A DNA stretch of 64,000 nt from Candidatus Micrarchaeota archaeon (GTDB lineage: Archaea > Micrarchaeota > Micrarchaeia > Micrarchaeales > CABMGC01), in NCBI GenBank assembly GCA_021791245.1, contig JAJYWY010000007.1, positions 16,340 to 80,339 on the forward strand, given 5' to 3'. Shown here in pieces: positions 20,643 to 29,505 of the stretch. The stretch's first letter is position 1. Every line of letters starts with the position of its first letter. The translations under genes and the position numbers were made by a program. A model generated the notes under the pieces. That model was not told where the DNA came from. It was given only the letters and a program-made list of their open reading frames with translations, and made no database searches.

Positions 20643-21500
20643 ATGTTCATAGAATTAACGGGTGATTGCATAAGCAAGGCTGTCTTTTCTGTAATAGCGC
20701 TAATAGCGCTTATGGTATCGTCCAATGCCACTTATCTTTCAATAGCGGGCCCTATCAATGCGAACCTTACAAACAATGGGAGCGTGTTCCTTGGCAATGT
20801 AGGGCCTGGCCAGAGTTTCTATGTCCTTGCCTCTGCAGCAACTACAAATGCAAGCGGTTCGTATGTTAACATAGGGTGGGATACGCTGAAGGCGGAGAAA
20901 TTGCCTCAAGGATGGTCCTCTCAGGCAAGCCCGCTTTACGAGAATCCCATGGAGATGAAGATCACTGTGGCGCCGAACGCTCTTGACGGAAGATATGCTA
21001 TAGAATTGAGGGCGGTAAACGTTGGAAACTATTCAAAGCTGGGCAATCTCACAGTAACTGCATACGTCAACGTAACTACTGATGTATTCAGTCTTGCCGT
21101 ATCCCCAAAGAATATAAGCGCAGGAATAGGCCAGCCAATAAACCTATATGTGCACATAAACAATACAGGCATATCCGATGATCCGTTCCTGATAGGAGCA
21201 TATGGTCTTCCGGCATGGAATGAAACATACCAGGTGATTTCCCTCCATGGGACAAATACCACTTTTGTGTACCCTGTTTATGCGAGCGAACCTGGGCTCT
21301 ATGAGTTCAATCTTACTGTTACTTCTATCTCCAGTCCGCTTATTACAAATTCTTACAGGATAAACCTTCTCTCTCAGGCTAGCCTGTTGAATGATTATAA
21401 TGCAGTTGGACAGGGAGTTGTACTATCCCCGATGCCTTATGGCCCGGTATATGCATTTATATCACTGCTGAACTACATCTACAGCGCCTTTGCAAAGTAA
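20643..21500 (+). CDS. Secreted sequon-rich protein
   Basis: N-terminal hydrophobic segment AVFSVIALIALMVSS and repeated N-x-T sites. No recognisable enzyme motifs. Confidence 0.5.
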   Translation: MFIELTGDCISKAVFSVIALIALMVSSNATYLSIAGPINANLTNNGSVFLGNVGPGQSFYVLASAATTNASGSYVNIGWDTLKAEKLPQGWSSQASPLYENPMEMKITVAPNALDGRYAIELRAVNVGNYSKLGNLTVTAYVNVTTDVFSLAVSPKNISAGIGQPINLYVHINNTGISDDPFLIGAYGLPAWNETYQVISLHGTNTTFVYPVYASEPGLYEFNLTVTSISSPLITNSYRINLLSQASLLNDYNAVGQGVVLSPMPYGPVYAFISLLNYIYSAFAK

Positions 21501-21519
21501 AGATAAGGTCTAGATTATT

Positions 21520-22194
21520 ATGGCGAAGAGGAACACCAAAGCCAAAATAAATATTGACAAGGTATGGCTGGAAACTCCGGTTGAACTAGCCAGGCTTGCA
21601 TGCAACTTCAGCGTAAATAACAACGATTTGCTCTCTTACAGAGAAGGGAAAAACACTGTCCTTATGCTTCCTTATGACAGGATAGGCGATACCGTTATTG
21701 CGTATTGCGCGTTGTCTGAAGTTAATGCGGATATCATAAGCTACCAGAACTCGGATTCAGAGACTATTAATTTCGAGAAAGTCGAAAAGTTGAACAGTTA
21801 CTTCATAAATGTCATAGAAACAGACAAGAGCGCCTTCAAGGAAAAGAAACTGGATGCCAGAAAGGTGAATGTGATAAGGCTTGAAAGATATGAGGATATA
21901 ATAAGGGGCCTTGTCAAAAAGTCTGTAGAGGACGATAGGATATGCAATGCATTTATATTCAACGACAAGGGAAAAACCGTGATGTTCGCATTCGACTTGT
22001 TTGAAAACCTTTCGGAGAATAAAGTATTATTCTACGCCGTTTCCAGCAGAAAGATAACCGGATGCTTTGCCAGATACAAATACAATGACAACACTATTGA
22101 CTTTTCTGACAGTATGGACGACCATATTTATATGTATGTTAAGCTTATATATCTCAAAAAGTCTCCGGGATTCTTGCATGTTTTAAGTGATTGA
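21520..22194 (+). CDS. Uncharacterised protein, paralog A of a tandem pair
   Basis: 224 aa. It aligns by eye with the next gene (VELARLACNF / VIELARFAYT; KVNVIRLERYEDIIRGLVKK / DIKIIRVKEPGKLLKSYLID). Confidence 0.55.
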   Translation: MAKRNTKAKINIDKVWLETPVELARLACNFSVNNNDLLSYREGKNTVLMLPYDRIGDTVIAYCALSEVNADIISYQNSDSETINFEKVEKLNSYFINVIETDKSAFKEKKLDARKVNVIRLERYEDIIRGLVKKSVEDDRICNAFIFNDKGKTVMFAFDLFENLSENKVLFYAVSSRKITGCFARYKYNDNTIDFSDSMDDHIYMYVKLIYLKKSPGFLHVLSD

Positions 22195-22860
22195 TTGTCA
22201 GATGGCAAAAAACCAAAATTAGAAGCGTATTATGTAAAAATGGCAAACGTTATAGAACTTGCAAGGTTTGCTTACACATCAAGAAGGCTGCATCCAATTC
22301 TGCTGAATAAAAAAGGGGATTCTTTCATTCTCTCTGTGCCAGGAGAAAAATTTGATGATTTCTGGATATTATATCTAGTAAGTACAGAAAAGCGGGGTGA
22401 ATTCTGCGTTTATTCCCCAAAGAACGAGGATTCTGTTGAGTCGTGCATGTTAGCTGACAGTAGGATTGAATCCCATGGTTACAGAATGCTTAACATACCT
22501 ATACTTGAGATGGACAGGGATTTCTTAGACCAAAGGAAAACAGATGCGGCGGATATAAAAATTATTAGGGTGAAAGAACCGGGGAAGCTCTTAAAATCAT
22601 ACCTAATTGATATAGAAAGCAGCGGAGGGGGTATGGACAGGATATACCAATTTACTCACAGGGGGAAGAGATTCATAGGGTTATTCTGGTTCAAGGACGC
22701 ACTTTTGTATTCCGAAGTCAGGGAACACTATAAATCAAGCTTTATAAGATATAATGTTGAAAATGATATATTGGAAGAAAGCAATGCCGTAATGGATACT
22801 GCTGCGCAATTGGCAGTGATAAACCTTGCGGAGCCGTTTCCCTTCTTTATGCCCGAATAG
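22195..22860 (+). CDS. Uncharacterised protein, paralog B of a tandem pair
   Basis: A TTG start directly follows the stop of paralog A. The last 10 nt, including the TAG stop, lie inside tRNA-Asn. Confidence 0.5.
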   Translation: MSDGKKPKLEAYYVKMANVIELARFAYTSRRLHPILLNKKGDSFILSVPGEKFDDFWILYLVSTEKRGEFCVYSPKNEDSVESCMLADSRIESHGYRMLNIPILEMDRDFLDQRKTDAADIKIIRVKEPGKLLKSYLIDIESSGGGMDRIYQFTHRGKRFIGLFWFKDALLYSEVREHYKSSFIRYNVENDILEESNAVMDTAAQLAVINLAEPFPFFMPE

Positions 22861-22922
22861 CTCAGCGGTAGAGCGCGTGGCTGTTAACCATGAGGTCGCA
22901 GGTTCGATCCCTGCTTCGGGCG
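22851..22922 (+). tRNA. tRNA-Asn (GUU)
   Basis: Acceptor GCCCGAA/TTCGGGC, D-arm GCTC-AGCGGTA-GAGC, anticodon loop CTGTTAA, T-arm GCAGG-TTCGATC-CCTGC. Confidence 0.9.
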
Positions 22923-22961
22923 ATGGCCTTCAGGTTCTGCTCCCGTGCCACAAGCTATAAC

Positions 22962-24248
22962 TCAGCTACTTCCACTTGCAAGCAGCAGCCACTTCCATGC
23001 AGGCATAAATATTATTTTTTTGCCATCCTTTTCTTCTTCGCCTTCAAAGTCATAAGTTATGATTAATAAGTTATTGCACCTTAGCTCTTTGGAGGCAGCC
23101 AGCAGTGACCTTATTTCTCTCTCTTTGGTATCACTTTCTTCTATCCTATATGAAACTTGTATTAGTTGCTTTATCGAGCCACTTTCCTTTACTACAAAAT
23201 CTACCTCATGCTGCTTGTAATCCTGCCAGAAGTATATCTCTGTATGAATGTTCCAATACGATTTCCTCCTCAAAAGTTCTATTGCTATCACATTCTCAAG
23301 TAACCTTCCCTTTTCTTCATCGATCCTGAAGCCGAGGGCGTTTGCGAGTCCGGTATCTATGCAGTAAACTTTCTTGCCTGTCAAAACCTGCTGTTTTAGT
23401 TTATTGGAATACTTGTCTACTTTGAATGCAATATACGCCTTCTCCAAAAAACCTAGATAATTCTTAACCGTATGCACACTCTTTATCCCGAATATATTCT
23501 TCAGCTTGTTGTAACTCATTTCTTTTGATATGTTAGAAACTATGTATTTTGAGAATTCCCTAAACGTTGATCTGTGTTTTATACTATACCTTCTTTCTAT
23601 GTCCTTTGTTATGATGTCACTATAAATTTGTGTTAAGAACCTTTCACCCAATGCTAACGCTTCTGGAAATCCGCCTATTAGCATGTATTTGTCAAGAAAT
23701 CCCCTGGTTTTTGCTATATCATTTGTTAAATATACCTCTGGCTTGAATCTGTTATAATCAAGAAACTCTCTGAAAGAAAAAGGAAAGGCCGTAAAACTGG
23801 TGTATCTCCCGGTTAATCTACTTGCTAATTCTTCTGACATTAGTTCAGAATTACTTCCTGTCACAATCACTTTTTTGGTTTCGCGAAGTCTAGATACATA
23901 AAGTTCCCAGCCCTTCACATTTTGAATTTCATCTAATATTATGTATTCTACGTTGCCTTTTAACTCTGTCATTGCTTCTGTAACCTTTACCAAGTCCGGG
24001 CCTTTCATTCCCTCTAATGAAGGATCATCAAAATTTAGATGCACATGGCGCTTCCCTTTTACCAGCAGAAGTGCTTCTGTTGACTTCCCGCTGCGTCTCA
24101 CTCCGGTTATTACTACTGCGTTGGTCTTTGTAATATGTCTTTGAATCTCAGTAGAATATTCCCTATCTATTATTCTTTCAGCGTTGAATTTAGATAGCAC
24201 CTCTTCTTCCTGGTCTTTTATTACTCGCTTAATCAGCTCCGTTTCCAT
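22962..24248 (-). CDS. AAA-type ATPase with a DUF4143-like C-terminal domain (COG1373 family)
   Basis: Walker A GVRRSGKST, Walker B YIILDEIQ, 428 aa. This architecture is common in archaea. Confidence 0.7.
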   Translation of the reverse strand: METELIKRVIKDQEEEVLSKFNAERIIDREYSTEIQRHITKTNAVVITGVRRSGKSTEALLLVKGKRHVHLNFDDPSLEGMKGPDLVKVTEAMTELKGNVEYIILDEIQNVKGWELYVSRLRETKKVIVTGSNSELMSEELASRLTGRYTSFTAFPFSFREFLDYNRFKPEVYLTNDIAKTRGFLDKYMLIGGFPEALALGERFLTQIYSDIITKDIERRYSIKHRSTFREFSKYIVSNISKEMSYNKLKNIFGIKSVHTVKNYLGFLEKAYIAFKVDKYSNKLKQQVLTGKKVYCIDTGLANALGFRIDEEKGRLLENVIAIELLRRKSYWNIHTEIYFWQDYKQHEVDFVVKESGSIKQLIQVSYRIEESDTKEREIRSLLAASKELRCNNLLIITYDFEGEEEKDGKKIIFMPAWKWLLLASGSS

Positions 24249-24291
24249 GAGATTACATTGTAGTTTGTCTATTTAAATCTTGCGTTTTAAA

Positions 24292-24316
24292 TGCATAATT
24301 TAACTTAAATTATGCA
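24292..24316. promoter_or_regulatory. 25-bp palindrome upstream of the ATPase gene (candidate operator)
   Basis: TGCATAATTTAA-C-TTAAATTATGCA has perfect 12-nt arms. It sits 44-68 nt upstream of ATG 24248, just beyond a TATA-like ATTTAAAT at 24271-24278. Confidence 0.35.
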
Positions 24317-24681
24317 GTACAAGCGCATATTTTATATATTCTAAAACCTGATAATGTCTTGTTTGCAAACCATTACGAATCTGCGTATTTCTTGCTGTCG
24401 GAGATGTGCCTATGCACATCTTGAGCATCGGGCAATGCATTTAGATACGATCACAATGCTCAACAATCCAATGTGGACTTGCAGCATAATCAGATAAGAG
24501 CAAATTTAAAGGGATTGACAGTTGCTTAAAAGTCAAGACGGCAACCTTAAGGATGACTTGGAACAGTTGTTGAACAGCACACTATAGAATGGAGGGAAGA
24601 AGGCACTTATCCATGGATGGATGATTATATCGATGATAAAACAGGTGAGTATGCATTATCAAAGATGACTTAATTCTCACG

Positions 24682-25098
24682 CTATGCCGTATTTCTGTTT
24701 TTCCTGCCGATTATTGTGCGCCATATGTTGACTGCATGCAGCAGAACAGCTACAATCATCGCCATCAGCCCCCCAAGGATTACTGCGGCATCCTTCTGCC
24801 CTGTTAGCGCAATACCCTCAAATGCAATTATCCCTGCATTTAGGAGGACATATTCTGCGGCTATTACCTTATAATTTGCTCCACTATTGCGTGATACTCC
24901 AGGCACAAAAATGTATGATACGCCAAAGATCAGTTGTGTGACAAACCCATACAGTAATAGTATGAATATCGGGTCTCTATCTACAGCAGCTGCGCCTGTC
25001 AGGCTAAAAGCAAGAAGCATAGTACCGATTACGAAATACAGGAACCCAGTAGCTATGTAAAGCCTTACCATCTTGCTCGTTGCAGCAACATTATCCAT
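24682..25098 (-). CDS. Small integral membrane protein (4 predicted TM segments), unknown function
   Basis: 138 aa with four long hydrophobic stretches. Confidence 0.5.
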   Translation of the reverse strand: MDNVAATSKMVRLYIATGFLYFVIGTMLLAFSLTGAAAVDRDPIFILLLYGFVTQLIFGVSYIFVPGVSRNSGANYKVIAAEYVLLNAGIIAFEGIALTGQKDAAVILGGLMAMIVAVLLHAVNIWRTIIGRKNRNTA

Positions 25099-25126
25099 AA
25101 ATGCACATGTATCTCTTGCAGATTAG

Positions 25127-25651
25127 CTATTTATACACTATTTTTAGCCTGTTCACCATTGCACTTTTTGTTAGCTCGTGTGGTTTTGAATTGGTAGGAC
25201 TGAAGATGTGCCTGACATCCACATCTCTGACCAGAAGCGCATCTGCTATCAGCGATCTATGGCATCTCCATGGCACTGCCTCTGCACACATTATGGCAGT
25301 CTGCCTTTTCTTTGCCAGGCTTATAAGCTCGAGAAGGCTCTCTCTGAACTCGCTGGTCTGCATATAATCTGCGAAACCTCTGAATGATGCATTGTACCAG
25401 TAGGTATTGGCTGAATCCTTCAACGGACGCCTGAGACCTCCAAGTCCTTTCATATGCACGTAGCGTATGTGATGCCCCTTTAGGCTGACCGCAAACCGTT
25501 TCTCATTGAACTGCGGATTGGCCCTCGATCTTGGGATACTGCGTATATCTACCAATTCCTTTATCTTGTATGCATCCAGCAGTTTCATAAAATCACTGAT
25601 TTTGCGCGTAGAATGCCCTACAGTAAATATAAGCAGTCTGTTTTTAGTCAT
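25127..25651 (-). CDS. DUF488-family protein
   Basis: LLIFTVGHSTRKISDFMKLLDAYKIKELVDIRSIPRSRANPQFN matches the DUF488 N-terminal signature. Confidence 0.7.
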   Translation of the reverse strand: MTKNRLLIFTVGHSTRKISDFMKLLDAYKIKELVDIRSIPRSRANPQFNEKRFAVSLKGHHIRYVHMKGLGGLRRPLKDSANTYWYNASFRGFADYMQTSEFRESLLELISLAKKRQTAIMCAEAVPWRCHRSLIADALLVRDVDVRHIFSPTNSKPHELTKSAMVNRLKIVYK

Positions 25652-26123
25652 GTGTTATCACCTTGTTTATCTCATGTAATTCTCTAATCCTGACCTGCGC
25701 TTTTCCTCTTATCGGAAAATGCATCACATACACCTTTGAGTTATGGATATCTTTCTGCCAGCCAAACTCAAAGTTATTATTGCCTGTGAATCTCGAATAG
25801 GTTATCCTGCCTATAAAACATACTACACCAGGTTTATTCATAGAAATCAGTCGTAAGATCCTCTTCCTACCGCTATTCTCTTCGCCACGCTTCAGCTGGG
25901 ATACATCGCGCGAGGGCCTGGTTATTATATTTGTAAAATTTAGATTATACACCTTTAGAAATCTATCTTTGTATAACTGCCCCAGACTTTTGTCGTTTCT
26001 CAAAACCTCGATATCTTCATCTATTATTCCCGAACGATTCAGAAGATACCAGAACATTTTGTTATTTGAAAAAGGAATGCCGCGTCTGTATGATCCGGGA
26101 TGTGGATTTATCCCCACGAACAT
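25644..26123 (-). CDS. Uracil-DNA glycosylase superfamily protein, MUG/TDG-like
   Basis: Starts directly at the motif MFVGINPHPGSY...PFSNNKMFW. It overlaps the downstream DUF488 gene by 8 nt. Confidence 0.6.
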   Translation of the reverse strand: MFVGINPHPGSYRRGIPFSNNKMFWYLLNRSGIIDEDIEVLRNDKSLGQLYKDRFLKVYNLNFTNIITRPSRDVSQLKRGEENSGRKRILRLISMNKPGVVCFIGRITYSRFTGNNNFEFGWQKDIHNSKVYVMHFPIRGKAQVRIRELHEINKVITHD

Positions 26124-26379
26124 TATCTTAGCATTTTTAGATGTTATATAGCGTATGATGGAATCACCGGCGTATACCGTATCTTGATGTCAAATGCATG
26201 TGCATACTATTCAACATACATAGTTAATGTGATTCTTTGTCGTATTTGAATCTGCCATTCTAACACCTATTGATATCGGCTTGAAATATAAAAATCCTCT
26301 TTGCTAGAGATGCATCTTAGGAGCATCTTATGCTTTGGACGATGCACTTCAGGTTCAAGTCCTTTACATTAGGCCCACT

Positions 26380-27624
26380 CTATATATTCAGGAACGCCCA
26401 GTATATAAGCACATTAAGCGCTGTAACAACAATACCTACTTTTGCAAAATCAAAGAATGACAAAGATTTTTCATATCTTTTCTCTGCCATTTGTACTATT
26501 ATCACATTGCTCGCAGCCCCCAAGATGAACAGATTGCCTGCTATCGTACTTCCTGCGGCAAGGGCCATTGCAGTTGCTGTGGTCACGTGCGTGTATGCCA
26601 AAAGCTTGAGATATAGCAGCACCATTGGCACATTGGAAATAAACTGACTGCCTATAACATTCGCAAGCAGTACAGTGGGAACATAGCTTATGTCAAGGTG
26701 CAGGCCATTTGTAATATTCTGGAAGAACCCCGATTGCCATACACTGCCCACTAACACAAAAAGAGCTATGAAAAACACTATTGTTGACCAATCTATCTGT
26801 TTGACTATGGAAACTTTCTTCTTGCTGAAAAGTAATATGGGCAAGGGAGATATAATTGCAATGTATGCAAAACTCAGATTATGCATAAAACCAAAAATCT
26901 CAATCACAATATAAAAAAGAATGGAAATGCCAAGCAGGACAAGAGAGAATCTGCAAAGTCTAGCCAGTTCCCTGTCTTTTATTCCTACATAACCATGTAT
27001 AAGCTGTTTATTGCGGAACTCGCTTTTGAAAAACAGCTTAAGGATTAAATAGGCTACAAGAAGGTTTATTAGTGTCGGTATCAAAAGAGTTGAGAAAAAC
27101 GTAGCAAATGGCTCATTTACAAAGCCGCTTGAGGCTATAAGTAGGTTCTGGGGATTGCCGATGGGACTTGCAACGCTGCCTATTGTTATCGCAAATGCAA
27201 GGGACAGCAACATAAGCTTATGACTTATCCTTTCCTTGATTGCAAAGAGCATGACTAGCGGGGTGCCAATGATTGCCATCGTATCATTAAGCATGAACAT
27301 GGATGCAAAGCCCATAGAGAAAAGGATTGCAAGTACTAGACTATCAACAGACCTAAAATGCCTAAAAAACCTGTAAGCAAGGTATTGTATATATCCACTT
27401 CTTGTCAGTGCTTCGCCAATGATAAAGATTCCAATGAGAAAGACTATAATAGTAGGATCTATATAGGATATCGCCGCCGTTACTGATATCTGCCCTGTTA
27501 GAAGCACTGCGATTGCCCCGCCAAAGATTATCTGCCATATCTGCAATCTGACGTTACCTATCTGCCTTATAACTACCAATACAAAGGATATTGCCAATAC
27601 TATGACAGATAATGGTAAGAACAC
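26380..27624 (-). CDS. ArsB/NhaD-superfamily anion permease (citrate-transporter-like)
   Basis: 414 aa, polytopic. The GSVASPIGNPQNLLIA and GSTIAGNLFILGAASN repeats are typical of this permease fold. Confidence 0.6.
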   Translation of the reverse strand: MFLPLSVIVLAISFVLVVIRQIGNVRLQIWQIIFGGAIAVLLTGQISVTAAISYIDPTIIVFLIGIFIIGEALTRSGYIQYLAYRFFRHFRSVDSLVLAILFSMGFASMFMLNDTMAIIGTPLVMLFAIKERISHKLMLLSLAFAITIGSVASPIGNPQNLLIASSGFVNEPFATFFSTLLIPTLINLLVAYLILKLFFKSEFRNKQLIHGYVGIKDRELARLCRFSLVLLGISILFYIVIEIFGFMHNLSFAYIAIISPLPILLFSKKKVSIVKQIDWSTIVFFIALFVLVGSVWQSGFFQNITNGLHLDISYVPTVLLANVIGSQFISNVPMVLLYLKLLAYTHVTTATAMALAAGSTIAGNLFILGAASNVIIVQMAEKRYEKSLSFFDFAKVGIVVTALNVLIYWAFLNI

Positions 27625-27783
27625 GTAGGATACTTAACATGAAAACTTTTTGAATCTATCTTGCCGGAGATATGCCTTATGTGCGTCTTGTGTCTCGGAA
27701 GATAGTATTCAGATATGAATACTACATTACACAGGATACAAATATCTATAGCTGGTACAATACCACATTGATGACAAACAACA

Positions 27784-28119
27784 TTGGCTATTGGCAAAGA
27801 GGCAATGCTTGCCGCCATCTCCAAGATGGATGAGCCTTACCGCTCTATGGCCAGGAAGGCCAATGCCATAATCACAGTTAATGCACCTGAACTTTCTCCA
27901 AGGATGCGGTATGGGATGCCAGCTTATGCTTAGGGTAATGACATTATCTGCTTCTTCCAGAATGCAGGCAAGTTCAAGCCAATGTATGCTACATTGGGTT
28001 TCAGAGGCAAAGCGCATCTTGACGAATGGCCTATGTAGGATGTTGTATTTGCGCTGGAGAAACTGACTTCTGCAGATGAGGCCATGATTGTAGTGCTAAT
28101 TAAGGAAGCCATAAGCTAA
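27784..28119 (+). pseudogene. DUF1801 (YdhG-like) gene disrupted by two in-frame TAG codons
   Basis: One frame reads ...AISKMDEPYRSMARKANAIITVNAPELSPRMRYGMPAYA*GNDIICFFQNAGKFKPMYATLGFRGKAHLDEWPM*DVVFALEKLTSADEAMIVVLIKEAIS. The stops are at 27931-27933 and 28036-28038. Confidence 0.6.
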
Positions 28120-28180
28120 AGAGTGCATAACTGCATCACTTTTGCATTTTATATACAGAATGGTGCTTGTATGCGTATCT

Positions 28181-28321
28181 TCATTTTCCGCCTATCTTGA
28201 ACATTTTTGTTCCGCATACAGGACACACTCCCTGGTTTGCCTTCTTCCCGTTCTTCATTTCGACTTCCTTAACATCCTTCATCTCCTTCTTCTGCTTGCA
28301 TTTCATGCAATAAGCTTCCAT
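28181..28321 (-). CDS. 46-aa zinc-ribbon protein (DUF5679-like), below the ORF-track cutoff
   Basis: MEAYCMKCKQKKEMKDVKEVEMKNGKKANQGVCPVCGTKMFKIGGK with CxxC...CxxC. A TATATATA box lies ~15 nt upstream. Confidence 0.7.
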   Translation of the reverse strand: MEAYCMKCKQKKEMKDVKEVEMKNGKKANQGVCPVCGTKMFKIGGK

Positions 28322-28560
28322 TTTCTCGCCAATATATATACGATGCTAAGCAATATTAACCCTTTGAATAGTATGTTCAACAGTTTGTGCAACATATGCA
28401 CTGTATTTCGAATATGCAGCCAATGGGCACCATGCAGGGTTGGTGAGTTGTAGCAAGCTTTCTTGGTACCGTGTAAAGTATTTCCTTGTTATTGGCGTTT
28501 ATTGTAAAGGTGGACTTACATTTGACGAAAAAGAATAAATGGCAGTTATCTTTTAAATCA

Positions 28561-29442
28561 TTATTTTCTTCCGGTAGCGCGTTTTATTGCTTCGGGTATA
28601 ATGTTTATGACATCTGTAGCTATTATGTGGCTTCCCTTTTCTTTGTAGAGCATGTCCCCGGCAATCGAATGCACATATATTGAAGCAACTGCCGAATAAA
28701 ACGCATCAGTCCCCATAGCGAGGAATGCACCGATTATGCCGCTGAGAACGTCTCCTGTACCCATAGTTGCAAGCGCTGCACTTTTAGGTTGTATAACTTT
28801 CACTCTTGTACCATCAGATATTACATTTATGTGCCCTTTTAAGGCAACAACGACTCCGAACCTCTTTGATATGGCTTTTGCAGCCGTTACTCTTTCCACT
28901 ACGTCGCTTCTGCTTGGTTTTATCCCAGAAAGCCGGTAAAACTCGCTGTCATTTGGGGTTATTACAATATCTTTCGTCCTTTTTTTGAGCTTATGAATTA
29001 GTAATATTGCATCTGCATCAATAATTATTTTCTTTTCATGGGAAACGGCATAATTCATTATTTTTAGCGCTTCTCTTAATGCGTTCGCATTTGAGCCTAT
29101 GCCCATACCGATTATAACAGCATTTGCCATATTTATAGAATGCTTTAATTCAGTAGTTAGTTCCACAAATTCCATTCCAGATTGTTTTACAACAAGTACC
29201 GGAGAGAAACTCCTGGCATTTCGTAGTATCTGTTTAGGGACAAAAATAGAGACATATCCTGCGCCCGATCTTAGAGCAGCCAGAGAGTTATATGCGGAAT
29301 TTGCAGCTAAAACCGGTGCGCCATAGTATTCACCAGAACCCCCTATTATTACAAGACGCGCAGAATTCTTATCCGAAAACAGGCTCCTTCCTGGAACCAT
29401 TTTCCTTATCTCAGATATTGTTACGTTATTTCGACCTGGCAT
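28561..29442 (-). CDS. nnrD: ADP-dependent NAD(P)H-hydrate dehydratase (YjeF C-terminal / carbohydrate-kinase fold)
   Basis: GGSGEYYGAPVLAANSAYNSLAALRSGAGYV and GTGDVLSG motifs. Confidence 0.8.
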   Translation of the reverse strand: MPGRNNVTISEIRKMVPGRSLFSDKNSARLVIIGGSGEYYGAPVLAANSAYNSLAALRSGAGYVSIFVPKQILRNARSFSPVLVVKQSGMEFVELTTELKHSINMANAVIIGMGIGSNANALREALKIMNYAVSHEKKIIIDADAILLIHKLKKRTKDIVITPNDSEFYRLSGIKPSRSDVVERVTAAKAISKRFGVVVALKGHINVISDGTRVKVIQPKSAALATMGTGDVLSGIIGAFLAMGTDAFYSAVASIYVHSIAGDMLYKEKGSHIIATDVINIIPEAIKRATGRK

Positions 29443-29477
29443 TTAATTACTTAATATATCGCTTAACATAAAAGAAA

Positions 29478-29495
29478 GGCTGCACGGGTGCAGCC
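29478..29495 (-). terminator. GC-rich perfect hairpin between a small membrane ORF and nnrD
   Basis: GGCTGCAC-GG-GTGCAGCC (an 18-nt palindrome) in otherwise AT-rich spacer. Its function is not established. Confidence 0.25.
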
Positions 29496-29505
29496 AAAAT
29501 GCAAA

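Noticed and set aside
27931-28038. The two in-frame TAG codons read as pyrrolysine, or as genome-wide TAG reassignment
   Set aside because: TAG is used as an ordinary stop by many clearly complete genes in the window (e.g. polD-L at 2430, TFE, paralog B, L41e). No pyl genes are visible. Both TAGs are one substitution away from the residues expected in the family.
27600-28112. Listed ORFs 27600..27824, 27727..28017 and 27930..28112 (minus strand) and 27881..28066 (plus strand) as real genes
   Set aside because: They overlap one another and the DUF1801-like frame, and they show no motifs. The only family-like translation is the interrupted plus-strand frame.
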